NCBI GenBank assembly: GCA_043803405.1
Contig: JAZDKB010000026.1
Location: 1-35,946, forward strand
Source of the DNA: Spirochaetota bacterium
Lineage (GTDB): Bacteria; Spirochaetota; UBA4802; JAFGDQ01
Reading direction: 5' to 3'
DNA: 35,946 nt
Position numbers and translations under genes: made by a program
Shown: one piece after another, positions 8,739 through 18,718 of the stretch
Layout of the letters: the number at the start of each line of letters is the position of its first letter
How positions within the stretch are numbered: position 1 is the first letter of the stretch
Notes under the pieces: generated by a model
What the model was told of the DNA's origin: nothing
The model's database searches: none
What the model saw: only the letters and a program-made list of their open reading frames with translations

Positions 8739-10127
8739 ATGGAAAATCTCGAAAATATTTTAAAACAAATTCCGCAGGTTGAAAAAATTCTGCAGTCTGA
8801 AAATATAAGCGGATTTATCCCGAATTTAGGGAGAGGGATAATTGTAAATATTATCAGGGAAGAGATAAGGAAGTTCAGGGAAAATTTTGAAAAAGATCAT
8901 GATATAGATATTGAACTTTTAATGTCTTCCATTGTACAGGCATGTGCGGATAAAAAGCGTGAAAAGCTGCAAAGGGTCATTAATGGAACAGGCGTTGCAA
9001 TACACACGAACCTGGGCCGCGCCCCGATTTCCGAAGATACGCTGCGCAACCTCGCGACTGAACTCTCAGGGTACTCTAATCTGGAGCTTGACGTGCAGCA
9101 GGGCAAAAGAGGAAAAAGAGGCGCGTTTGCGGAAGAGCTGATCTGCAGTTTAACGTCCGCAGAGGACGCGCTTATTGTAAACAACAACGCTGCCAGCGTA
9201 TTCCTTATTCTTAGCGAATTCGCAAGCGGCAAAGAAGTCGTTATATCGCGGAGCGAGCTGGTGCAGATAGGCGGCGGGTTCAGAATACCGGACATTTTAA
9301 AGCAGACAGGAGCAAAGCTTGTAGAAGTCGGCACAACCAATATAACCGAGATAGACGATTTCAGAAAAGCGATTACAGAAAATACTGCTATGGTTCTTTC
9401 AGTGCATCAGTCCAATTTTAAGATAGAAGGATTCAGCAAATACCCTTCACTTAAAGAGCTTTCCGGATTAAAGAGCGAATCCGTACTGTTTGTACGCGAC
9501 CTGGGTAGCGGAAACATTTTAGTTGACGCAAGGTTCCCGAAAACCTTTGAGCCTACCGTAACGCACGAGCTGTTGCAGGGCCCGGATATTGTCTGCTTCA
9601 GCGGCGATAAACTGCTTGGCGGATGCCAGGCAGGAATCATTGTCGGAAGAAAAGACCTTATCAGAAGATTAAAGAAAAACCCGCTTATGAGAATGCTGAG
9701 AGTGGATAAAATTACGTATTATCTTATGCAGGAAACGCTTATTCACTACAGCAACAGAGAAATAGAAAAAATATCTTTATGGAACGTTATCTTTCAGAAT
9801 AAAAAAACGCTGGGCAATAAAATAAACCGCTTAACCAAAAAAGTGAAGTCAGAGAACAAAAAAGAAATTATAACGCGGGTTTCTACAAAAAGTATGTTCG
9901 GCGGCGGTGCGCTCCCGACATTAAAAATTGAAAGCGCTGGCATTCAGATCAACATTCCCTGTTTGTCGGGAAAAGATATTTACAACAAATTTTTAAGCTG
10001 CAAAACCCCCATTGCAGGTTATATTGTTGATGACAAATTTACGCTCGATCTGCGCACCATTGCAGACAATGAAATACCGGAAGTCGCTGAGGCTATCGAC
10101 AGGCTTCTTAATGATGTTCAGGGTTAA
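8739..10127 (+). CDS. selA: L-seryl-tRNA(Sec) selenium transferase
   Basis: VINGTGVAIHTNLGRAP, VNNNAAS, SRSELVQIGGGFRIPD, DLGSG, FSGDKLLGG (PLP lysine), RMLRVDK. Confidence 0.97.
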   Translation: MENLENILKQIPQVEKILQSENISGFIPNLGRGIIVNIIREEIRKFRENFEKDHDIDIELLMSSIVQACADKKREKLQRVINGTGVAIHTNLGRAPISEDTLRNLATELSGYSNLELDVQQGKRGKRGAFAEELICSLTSAEDALIVNNNAASVFLILSEFASGKEVVISRSELVQIGGGFRIPDILKQTGAKLVEVGTTNITEIDDFRKAITENTAMVLSVHQSNFKIEGFSKYPSLKELSGLKSESVLFVRDLGSGNILVDARFPKTFEPTVTHELLQGPDIVCFSGDKLLGGCQAGIIVGRKDLIRRLKKNPLMRMLRVDKITYYLMQETLIHYSNREIEKISLWNVIFQNKKTLGNKINRLTKKVKSENKKEIITRVSTKSMFGGGALPTLKIESAGIQINIPCLSGKDIYNKFLSCKTPIAGYIVDDKFTLDLRTIADNEIPEVAEAIDRLLNDVQG

Positions 10128-10197
10128 AATTTATTTATTATAAGATAAAACCGCTGATTTAAAGCCCTAAATCATTCAATAATCATGAATTTATAAT

Positions 10198-10344
10198 TCA
10201 GAATGATGATTATTTGTGAAATTATAATGATTATTTTACAAGTTATAATAATTATTTAACAACTTATGATCATTATTTCATAAGTTATAATGATTATTTC
10301 ACAAGTTGTGATGATTATTTGGCAAGTTATGATGATTATTTAGT
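10198..10344. repeat. Tandem array of about 7 x 21-bp units, consensus AAGTTATRATGATTATTTnnn
   Basis: Units start at 10198, 10219, 10240, 10261, 10282, 10303 and 10324; no reading frame stays open across the whole array. Confidence 0.88.
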
Positions 10345-10382
10345 AAATAATATAGATTACTGAATTAGCAATAGGAATTCCA

Positions 10383-12215
10383 TTGTATATAATCGGAACA
10401 TCCGGTCATATTGACCACGGCAAAACCAGCCTTGTAAAAGCCCTTACCGGCATAGACTGCGACCGCCTCCCTGAAGAAAAAGAACGGGAGATGACCATCG
10501 ATATAGGGTTCGCGCAAATTAGTTACCCATCGTTCGGAACAGTAAGCATTGTCGACGTGCCTGGCCATGAACGCTTTATACGGAACATGACTGCCGGCGC
10601 GTGGGGGATCGACCTCGCCCTCCTTGTAATTGCGGCAGATGACGGATGGATGCCTCAGACAGAAGACCACTTCCGGGTACTGGAACTCCTCGATATTGAA
10701 AGGCTGATAATAGTTCTGAACAAGATAGACATAGTAGACCAGGATTTAATAGAACTCGTAGAAGACGATATACGTGTAAAACTTAAAAACACGAAATTTG
10801 AAAACAGCGATTTTGTAAAGGTATCGGCAAAAACCGGAGCAGGAATACCGGATCTTAAAAAAAAGATTCTGGAGAATCTCGTAAAACTTCATAAGGCCGC
10901 AAATACCGGGAAACCTTACCTCTATGTCGACCGTGTATTTGAATCCAAGGGACTGGGCACTATCATTACAGGTACTCTAAAGAACGGCTTTCTTTCGGAA
11001 AATGACGAAGTTATAATATACCCCGGGGAAATACAGGCAAGGATAAAAAAAATAGAAAGCCATTACCATGACCTGAAAAAAGGACATCCTTCCCAGCGGA
11101 CTGCATTAAATCTTCACGGCGTTTCCGTAGACGAAATGAAACGCGGGCACATAATAGTTAAGCAGAATTTCTTTACGGAATCGAACGACATCATCGCAAG
11201 AGTAAAGCTTCTTGAAAAACAGCGTGAAATCAAAAACAATCTCGGCATTGAAATACTCATTGGAACTTCAAGCATAAAAGGCAAATTAATTTTTTTGAAT
11301 GATATTGACATTGGAGCTAACCATGAAATCGAGTTCCCTGTAAGAATAAAACTGGATGATAAATGGTTTTTCTATTACGGCGAACCTTTTATACTGACGA
11401 ATCCGGGCGGGCACAGGATAATAGGCGGAGGCAAAATAATACTTCCGGATTATATCCCTGCGAAACATAAAAAAGAACTGCAAAACTGCATTAAAACAAT
11501 TAAAACTTTTTCTGATAAGGAGCTTGTCGATTTTATAGTTAAAATAAAACTTACGTGTACAATACAGGAATTAAAATCGAAACTGCCGTTCGCAGACAAT
11601 ACGATCTCCGATATTATTGAGGAAATGTCTAAAGCAGGAAGCATTACCCTTATTAATGAAAATATATTTGAAACAAATTATTATAATAACGCGACAAAAA
11701 AAATCATTGAGATCATTAAAAACAATGCAGGCTTAAACATAAAAGAGCTATCGGACATCGCAGGTCTTGGGCTAAATATAACGGGTATAATACTATCCGT
11801 TGCAAAGAACAACAATGCAGTACTGGAAAAAGACGGCAAATTCTTTACAGGAGAGCCTGTTGCAGTCAAACCGATCGACAATTTTAAAAAGAATATTTTA
11901 CAGCAGCTTAAAGATAAAGGCACTGAAGGAATTGAACTTGACAAGGAGACGGATGCCGCGCGCAGGAAAGGCCTAAAGGAACTGATACAAATGAATTTCG
12001 CAGCGAACCTTGACGGCAATTTAGTATATCACAGTGAAATATATGAAGATTTAAAAAAGAAAATTATGGGCTTTCTCGATAACCATGACCGGATAACCAT
12101 TGCCGAAGCAAGAGAATGCACTTCTCTTTCAAGAAAATTTTTGATACCGCTCCTGAATAAAATCGAACATGACGGTCTTATAAAAAGAATAGGCGATCTC
12201 AGATTTAAGGCATAA
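10383..12215 (+). CDS. selB: Selenocysteine-specific translation elongation factor
   Basis: [37 protein letters not shown]-terminal winged helix [13 protein letters not shown] start. Confidence 0.97.
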   Translation: MYIIGTSGHIDHGKTSLVKALTGIDCDRLPEEKEREMTIDIGFAQISYPSFGTVSIVDVPGHERFIRNMTAGAWGIDLALLVIAADDGWMPQTEDHFRVLELLDIERLIIVLNKIDIVDQDLIELVEDDIRVKLKNTKFENSDFVKVSAKTGAGIPDLKKKILENLVKLHKAANTGKPYLYVDRVFESKGLGTIITGTLKNGFLSENDEVIIYPGEIQARIKKIESHYHDLKKGHPSQRTALNLHGVSVDEMKRGHIIVKQNFFTESNDIIARVKLLEKQREIKNNLGIEILIGTSSIKGKLIFLNDIDIGANHEIEFPVRIKLDDKWFFYYGEPFILTNPGGHRIIGGGKIILPDYIPAKHKKELQNCIKTIKTFSDKELVDFIVKIKLTCTIQELKSKLPFADNTISDIIEEMSKAGSITLINENIFETNYYNNATKKIIEIIKNNAGLNIKELSDIAGLGLNITGIILSVAKNNNAVLEKDGKFFTGEPVAVKPIDNFKKNILQQLKDKGTEGIELDKETDAARRKGLKELIQMNFAANLDGNLVYHSEIYEDLKKKIMGFLDNHDRITIAEARECTSLSRKFLIPLLNKIEHDGLIKRIGDLRFKA

Positions 12216-12291
12216 TACAGGTTAACCGGTTTTTTATTAAAAGAAAAAATTTAGTTGTTCAAAAGGAATCAATTGGCCTGTTTGCTTGGAC

Positions 12292-12320
12292 TTGACTTTT
12301 TTTTAAAAAAGATTTAGGAT
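12292..12320 (+). promoter_or_regulatory. Sigma70-type promoter of the HD-GYP / adenylate cyclase genes
   Basis: TTGACT (12292-12297) - 17 bp - TAGGAT (12315-12320). Confidence 0.55.
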
Positions 12321-12340
12321 TATTATCAGGACAAATTTTT

Positions 12341-13573
12341 ATGGATCAGGAATTAAACAACTTATTAAAGGACAGGTTGCCGGAGATACGTATAGACCTG
12401 AGCACGATAAAAATCGGCAGCACCATGTCGTTTGATTTATACGATGAGTACGGCAACGTTATAATCGCAAAAAATACTCCGATCACGGCTCCGCTGGTAA
12501 AGCATCTTAAATCCACCGGAATTGACCATCTATATTATAATCCGGCGCAAAGCACTGCCATTGAAAATCCCGCCGGATTAAATACGGAAAAAAGCGTTGT
12601 AGACGATGAGCAGCAGAAACAGTCTGTTGATATGGCCAGGGATATACTTGATTCGATCAAGGAAACAATTGACTTTAGTCCCAAAGCCTTGACGCCCGAA
12701 AAGATACAAAAAACATTTAAGAATGTAGACAGCATTTTACAGCAAATCGAAAACAATACTGACGGTATTTTTATGCCGTTCAATAAGTTAAAAAATCTGG
12801 ACGAATATACATACGTGCATTCATCAAATGTTTCTATTCTGGCAGCGATACTTGGATCGAGATTGGAATACAACAGAACAGTCAGGGTCAGAATGGGCGT
12901 GGGAGGCCTTTTCCACGACATCGGAAAAGCGCTTATTGACAACAAAATAATCAATAAAAATGGCAAGCTGGACGAATACGAGTTCGAAGTTATAAAAAAG
13001 CATCCCCAAAGCGGCCATCAGCTTGTAAAGGATATTCCCGATCTCTCAATGCTTGAAAAAAGCATTATTTTATATCATCATGAAAGACCCGACACTAACG
13101 GTTATCCTTTTAAATATAATTATAATACATATACGAGCAATGTTCCCAAAGAAGTAAGGCTCCTTTCAATTTGCGACGTTTACAGCGCTCTGACCCTGCA
13201 AAGATCCTATAAAGAAGCCTACACCTCGCGGAAAGCGCTTCGAATTATTCTTAATTCCGTATATGCACCTTTTAAAAAGCAGTCTCAGTTTTTGCCTGCC
13301 GACCTGCGCGATTTTATAAGATCTCTTGGTTACATGCTCAATAAAGGAGAATTCTTTTTCGATAAAGGCGAAACCGTGCGTTTAAACACAGGCGAGGTCG
13401 CAGTTATAGAAGAAATGAACAGGCTGTATCCGCTAAATCCGAAAATAAGACTGATCACGAATAAACAAATGCAGACTTTACCGAGACCTGTGAATATTGA
13501 CATGCTGAGGGATACAAGTACTTACATTGCACATGTATTTGACAAAAGCACTAATGCATCTGGAAACGAATAA
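12341..13573 (+). CDS. HD-GYP domain cyclic di-nucleotide phosphodiesterase
   Basis: DEYTYVHS, FHDIGK, KKHP, HHERPDTNGYP, CDVYSALT..RSYK. Confidence 0.9.
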   Translation: MDQELNNLLKDRLPEIRIDLSTIKIGSTMSFDLYDEYGNVIIAKNTPITAPLVKHLKSTGIDHLYYNPAQSTAIENPAGLNTEKSVVDDEQQKQSVDMARDILDSIKETIDFSPKALTPEKIQKTFKNVDSILQQIENNTDGIFMPFNKLKNLDEYTYVHSSNVSILAAILGSRLEYNRTVRVRMGVGGLFHDIGKALIDNKIINKNGKLDEYEFEVIKKHPQSGHQLVKDIPDLSMLEKSIILYHHERPDTNGYPFKYNYNTYTSNVPKEVRLLSICDVYSALTLQRSYKEAYTSRKALRIILNSVYAPFKKQSQFLPADLRDFIRSLGYMLNKGEFFFDKGETVRLNTGEVAVIEEMNRLYPLNPKIRLITNKQMQTLPRPVNIDMLRDTSTYIAHVFDKSTNASGNE

Positions 13574-13584
13574 TATAAATTCAA

Positions 13585-16389
13585 ATGACAACAGCTGAAT
13601 TCCTCGAAAAAATCAAGAAGAACAAACAAAGGTTTACAGAATATAACCAGTTAAGATTAAAAAAATTTAAAGATTATATAGCCCAGCAGCAGCTCGAAAA
13701 CCTTATTGACGCCATCCCTCTTTTTATAAGTGTTAATCATCCCGGACTTCCGGGTTTTGTCGAGGGATTCGAACCTATTGGTATCTGCAATTTTACCCCG
13801 TCAACCGGCGCATTCACTTTGCTGCGCAGGCATTTCCCCTCTGTTTCACAAGGAATTTACAAGAATCCGAAACCGGTTATAGAGCTGCTTGCAATAATGG
13901 GCAGCGCAGGAAGTATTGCTTATAACGAAGAATCCGACATAGACCACTGGGTTTGCATTAATGAAAACTCCCTGGATAAAAACACTATAAAACAGCTTAA
14001 ATATAAACTCACCGAAATAGAAAACTGGATTACGGAGAATTACAGCGTAGAAACTCACTTCTTTTTAAATGACATAGCCAAGATAAAGGACTCCGTGTTC
14101 GACTCGGACGAGGATGATATATCAGGTAAAGCGCTTGGCAAACTCCTTAAGGATGAATTCTTCAGAACTTCAATTTTATTATACGGCAAAGTACCCTTCT
14201 GGTGGGTTGTGCCCGCAGGCACAACCGACGAGAATTATGAAAAATATCTGTCTATAGTTCAAAAATCCGAATTAAAGGATGTCTTTATAGATTTTGGAAA
14301 TCTGCAAATAATTAAAAAAGATGAGTTTCTTGGAGCAGGCCTTTTCCAGATATTGAAGTCCCTGGGCAATCCGTTCAAATCGATCATTAAAATAGGCATT
14401 CTTGAAAAATATTTATTAGAAGAAAAAAAAGAAAATCCACTATTGTGCAATATTTTAAAAGCAAAAGTCCACGAGGGTAACTTAACAGTAAATTTCACTG
14501 ACCCATACATTCTTATGTTCAACCAGGTAATGGATTATTATACTGCAAAAGCAGGAGACGATCCCCTGACGCTTGAAGTTTTAAAAAGATGCTTTTACAT
14601 AAAAATAGATCCGAACCTTTCAGCAGCTTCATCAAATAAAATAACCGGAAATCTTCCCGAAAAAAGAAGCATAATGCTGGAATACGCCAAGAAATGGAAC
14701 TGGCTCAATATAAAACTAAAACAGATGGACGATTTCCGCAACTGGGACATCAGCGCTCTCAATAAATTCTGGAACAGCATTTCAAAACTTATATTAAAAA
14801 CTTATAAAAATATTTTAATAAGTATCGAGAGCTATAACATTGCCAACAAATTTTCCGACGAGGAAATGAAATATATATCCAGAAGGATTTCCTCAAGTTT
14901 TGCCGCAGGTGAAAACAGGATAAGGCCTGCCGTAAGTTTTAACGATAATCCAACTGAGAAATTTCTGTACATTGAATCGATCAGCCAGGAAGACGGGTCC
15001 ATAAGCTGGCTCCTGTCCAAGGGATTCCTTAGCGGCACAGGAGCGAGCAAAAGATCTATTATCCATAAGGAGCCTAATTTTCTTGCAATTCTGGCATGGA
15101 TCAGTATAAACAGATTATTCCAGAAAAACACGACACGGGTTGAAATAAAATCCAGGTATCATTTGCTGGAGCAGAATTTCGTAAGAGAACTGATGGATGA
15201 ACTTACAGTTCATTTTTCTTCCAAAAAAGCCAATATTAAAAATAAATATTTTTTTGCCAATCCCTTCCCTATCATCAATTTCATAATCATTAATCTTTTC
15301 GTAAAATATCCCAAGGGCATTGAAGATATTTATTATCTGTACAGGAATAGCTGGGGAGAAACAGTATATGAGAAATATGATAACGAACTGGACTTTTCAG
15401 TTATTCTGACCAAGCTTTTAAACGGTGCAATTGAGCATAAAGAGACTTTCAAAAACTGCATCGCACTGACTTCACCCTACCCCTTTAAAGGCAGCAAAGA
15501 ATTCAAGCTGATACTTTTTCTGTTTAATGATTTATATACCTTTTTTATAAACGGCGAAGCTAATGACTTTGATAAGGGAATTACAAAGAAATACGTTACT
15601 ACCATGGCCGGCAATTTTGTTTTATTCTCCTTTGCTAAATTAAAAAAAGAGAATAAAATCACCTGCAATGTTTTTAACTCAGAATTAAAAATGCTTTACA
15701 GCTTATCCAGCACTCACGGAATAAAAAATATTATTAAAGTTAATCCGATGAATCCCGAACTTAATCATCTGAAAATTATAATCGATAATTTCAAAGATGA
15801 TGCTGTTCAGATTTACTATCAGAAAGCGAGGAAGTACTGCTATTTTTTTGTTTCAGACGAACGCGGTTCAATAATGTTTTTCAGAAAGAGAGCCGAGACT
15901 TTCCAGGAATACCTGACAAAATTGTATGTTTTCTCGAAAAATATCGTTCACCAGATTAGGAAAAACAATCCGGGATCCGCTCTTAACAATAAAAACAGCA
16001 AAGGAATCGAAATCTATAACCTGGAAAGAAACGATCTTAACCAGTGTAAAATAACTGAAATAAATCCTGCCCAGGACGAGAACATCTTCAGACTTGAAAA
16101 AACCATACTGTCGCTGAAGCTTTCGCTGCTGCTGATGGACAATGGAGAAATAGGTTACAGGTTTAACCTGCCGGACGGCGGATTGTCGGACAACTTGTCC
16201 AAAAACGAGATCGGAAGTATTTCAAAAGAAATGAGCGTATTGATGGAAACAGTAAAAGGGTATAATTACTTTATTACAGACATTAATTACTCAGACCTTG
16301 AATTTAAAATGTATAAAGACTTTTCGACATTCGGTTTTATTGAAAAAAACAAATTTGAATTATTAATCGAAAAAGGACTGGGATATTAA
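13585..16389 (+). CDS. cyaA: Class I adenylate cyclase
   Basis: IPLFISVNHPGLPG, MGSAGSI...SDIDHWVC nucleotidyltransferase motif, DEFFRTS...GKVPFWW, FQILKSLGNPFKSIIK, DPY, RCFYIK. Confidence 0.85.
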   Translation: MTTAEFLEKIKKNKQRFTEYNQLRLKKFKDYIAQQQLENLIDAIPLFISVNHPGLPGFVEGFEPIGICNFTPSTGAFTLLRRHFPSVSQGIYKNPKPVIELLAIMGSAGSIAYNEESDIDHWVCINENSLDKNTIKQLKYKLTEIENWITENYSVETHFFLNDIAKIKDSVFDSDEDDISGKALGKLLKDEFFRTSILLYGKVPFWWVVPAGTTDENYEKYLSIVQKSELKDVFIDFGNLQIIKKDEFLGAGLFQILKSLGNPFKSIIKIGILEKYLLEEKKENPLLCNILKAKVHEGNLTVNFTDPYILMFNQVMDYYTAKAGDDPLTLEVLKRCFYIKIDPNLSAASSNKITGNLPEKRSIMLEYAKKWNWLNIKLKQMDDFRNWDISALNKFWNSISKLILKTYKNILISIESYNIANKFSDEEMKYISRRISSSFAAGENRIRPAVSFNDNPTEKFLYIESISQEDGSISWLLSKGFLSGTGASKRSIIHKEPNFLAILAWISINRLFQKNTTRVEIKSRYHLLEQNFVRELMDELTVHFSSKKANIKNKYFFANPFPIINFIIINLFVKYPKGIEDIYYLYRNSWGETVYEKYDNELDFSVILTKLLNGAIEHKETFKNCIALTSPYPFKGSKEFKLILFLFNDLYTFFINGEANDFDKGITKKYVTTMAGNFVLFSFAKLKKENKITCNVFNSELKMLYSLSSTHGIKNIIKVNPMNPELNHLKIIIDNFKDDAVQIYYQKARKYCYFFVSDERGSIMFFRKRAETFQEYLTKLYVFSKNIVHQIRKNNPGSALNNKNSKGIEIYNLERNDLNQCKITEINPAQDENIFRLEKTILSLKLSLLLMDNGEIGYRFNLPDGGLSDNLSKNEIGSISKEMSVLMETVKGYNYFITDINYSDLEFKMYKDFSTFGFIEKNKFELLIEKGLGY

Positions 16390-16445
16390 AATTCTACAAT
16401 ATAATGATAATTTTACCTATTGGAATAAACATAAATACACGCAAT

Positions 16446-17225
16446 ATGAAATACGTACTCGGTTTTAATATCGGTAACACAAATACAATGATGGGCATTT
16501 ACGAACAGGATAAAATTGTTCCGGGTAATACTTATGTATTTAAGACCGATAAAAAAATTACAAGCCATGAACTTGGGCTTATTATTAAAAAAAATATCGG
16601 TTCTCTTCCGGATGCAATAAGCATTGAAGGCCTTGCATTTTCCAGTGTTGTTACAGAAGTAAACAGTACCTACCACGCAATGTCCGAATCTTTTTTTAAT
16701 CTGAAAATTCTTGAAATTAATAGCAGTATTAAGAGCGATATAAAAATAATGTACGATAATCCGGCAGAGCTTGGCCCTGACAGAATAGCTAATGCGGAAA
16801 CGGCTGTTAAGGAATATAAAGACGACTGCATAATTATTGATCTGGGAACAGCAAACACTTTCTGCGTTATCCATAAGAACGGCACTTTCGATGGAGGGCT
16901 GATAGGTCCAGGCATTGGAATCACTATTGACGCTCTTGCTAAAAAGACGTCCAAATTACCGCGCATTACATTTGAAAAACCGGATAAGTTTATTGCAACA
17001 GATACAATTAATGCGCTTAAATCCGGATTTTTTTATGGATACATTTTGATGATAAAAGGAATAATCGCTGAAATTGAAAGACAGTATAATAAAAAATTCT
17101 GTGTAATTTTAACCGGCGGCCTCTCTAAACTAATAAGCGAACATATTGACAGGAGCCATATAACAGACCCGCTTTTAACAATGAAAGGCATTAAATATTT
17201 ATATGATTTAAACAGAAATTCCTAA
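16446..17225 (+). CDS. coaX: Type III pantothenate kinase
   Basis: NIGNTNT, SSVV, LGPDRIAN, IIDLGTANT, GGLIGPG, LTGG; start placed at ATG 16446 by family length (ORF track starts at 16404). Confidence 0.9.
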   Translation: MKYVLGFNIGNTNTMMGIYEQDKIVPGNTYVFKTDKKITSHELGLIIKKNIGSLPDAISIEGLAFSSVVTEVNSTYHAMSESFFNLKILEINSSIKSDIKIMYDNPAELGPDRIANAETAVKEYKDDCIIIDLGTANTFCVIHKNGTFDGGLIGPGIGITIDALAKKTSKLPRITFEKPDKFIATDTINALKSGFFYGYILMIKGIIAEIERQYNKKFCVILTGGLSKLISEHIDRSHITDPLLTMKGIKYLYDLNRNS

Positions 17226-17290
17226 TAATCTATTTTCAGCAGACATCAAAAATTAAATGCCAGTTAAAATATACTTTAAAATACTTACAG

Positions 17291-17320
17291 TTATCCACAT
17301 TCTTATCCACACAATCCACA
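17291..17320 (+). promoter_or_regulatory. DnaA-box cluster
   Basis: TTATCCACA at 17291-17299 and 17303-17311 (perfect), CAATCCACA at 17312-17320 (7/9); followed by a very AT-rich tract. Confidence 0.75.
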
Positions 17321-17451
17321 AAAAATCAATAATTTCATATTTTTAACTATTTTATTATTAGTTTACATTGCTAATATTCTTTATACTTTATTGATATAAA
17401 TCATATAATTTTGTTAAAAATATTTCCAAATCATTAACCGATATAATAACA

Positions 17452-17931
17452 ATGAAAACATATAGTTTATTTATAAATTTAATATTTTTAATAATATTAA
17501 ATTCATCATGTACTCCGTCCGCTAATATAAAAACAAAACAATTGTTCTTTCCTGAAGATAAAAGAGACGAAATTGTCGAAACTGCGAAGAAGTATATCGG
17601 AAGCAAATACAAAGGCGGCGGCAATACGCCCGACGGGTTTGATTGCTCCGGTTTTACTATGTTCGTTTATAAACAAAGCAGCTTAAATATACCCAGAAAA
17701 GCAAGGTCGCAATACTTTTCCGGCAAAAGAATCACTATTAAGACCGCAAAACCTGGTGACCTTGTTTTTTTTACTTTAACAAATAGCCGGATTTCTCATG
17801 TCGGCATATATTTAGGTGACAATAACTTTATTCATTCTCCGAACATCGGCAAAAGCGTCTCGTATGCAAGTCTGGATACTCCTTACTGGAAAAGGAGATA
17901 TGTTGGGGCAATCACGTACTTTGAGAAATAG
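17452..17931 (+). CDS. NlpC/P60 (C40) peptidoglycan peptidase, probable lipoprotein
   Basis: Signal peptide with ILNSSC lipobox; GFDCSGF, PGDLVFF, HVGIYLG...FIHS. Confidence 0.92.
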   Translation: MKTYSLFINLIFLIILNSSCTPSANIKTKQLFFPEDKRDEIVETAKKYIGSKYKGGGNTPDGFDCSGFTMFVYKQSSLNIPRKARSQYFSGKRITIKTAKPGDLVFFTLTNSRISHVGIYLGDNNFIHSPNIGKSVSYASLDTPYWKRRYVGAITYFEK

Positions 17932-17965
17932 ATTATCAATTTACCTATACTATATTAATTTTAAC

Positions 17966-17995
17966 TTGACAGAATAAATATTATAAAACTACTTT
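17966..17995 (+). promoter_or_regulatory. Putative promoter of coaD
   Basis: TTGACA (17966-17971) - 18 bp - TACTTT (17990-17995). Confidence 0.35.
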
Positions 17996-18027
17996 TACAT
18001 AAGTCGGTAAACAGCGGTTAATATATT

Positions 18028-18507
18028 ATGCGAATTGGAATTTATCCTGGATCTTTTGATCCGTTAACTCTAGGACATCTGGATATAATTGAAAGAGCCA
18101 GGAATATTTGTGATAAATTAATTATTGCAGCAGCAAAAAACATATCAAAAAAGCCATTATTCAGTATTGAAGAAAGAATAGAAATGATAAAACAAAGCTG
18201 TTCTTCTATGGATAATATTGAAATTGTAACTTTTAACGGTCTGCTGGCTAATTTTTGCAAAGAGAAAAAAATAGATTTTATTGCAAAAGGGATTAGAAAC
18301 AGAACGGATATTGATTATGAATATGCTGTATCTCAAATAAACAGAAAACTTGCTCCTGAAACAGAAACAATATTTCTGCTCTCAAGGTGCGAGCATTCTT
18401 TCATATCTTCAAGTATGGTTAAAGAAGTCGCTTCTTATGGCGGCGACGTAACCACTATTGTTCCCCAATTCGTTAAACAAAAATTAATCGAAAAGTTTTC
18501 CAGCTAA
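18028..18507 (+). CDS. coaD: Phosphopantetheine adenylyltransferase
   Basis: YPGSFDPLTLGHLDII, KGIR, ISSSMVKE. Confidence 0.96.
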   Translation: MRIGIYPGSFDPLTLGHLDIIERARNICDKLIIAAAKNISKKPLFSIEERIEMIKQSCSSMDNIEIVTFNGLLANFCKEKKIDFIAKGIRNRTDIDYEYAVSQINRKLAPETETIFLLSRCEHSFISSSMVKEVASYGGDVTTIVPQFVKQKLIEKFSS

Positions 18508-18718
18508 AATAGTCAGTTTTTTACTCATTATTGTAATTAATCAAGCTTTTATACCGTGATTTTTCAGCTTTTATTTAATTAACGGTTTAACATTGCAATT
18601 AATAATAAATTGCGCTCATTATATCTTTTAACCTGACGAATTTTTTTAAAATTCGGTTAAGGTTTTAAAAGACAATGAAAATTTATCACTATTTAATAAG
18701 AATTATAGGAGGAAAACA

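Noticed and set aside
10198..10344. Possible CRISPR array or heptad-repeat ORF
   Set aside because: Units are contiguous with no unique spacers, there are no cas genes, and stop codons interrupt every frame
18508..18718. 6S RNA (ssrS), which often lies upstream of rny
   Set aside because: The region is too AT-rich and no long rod-like pairing with a central bubble is visible
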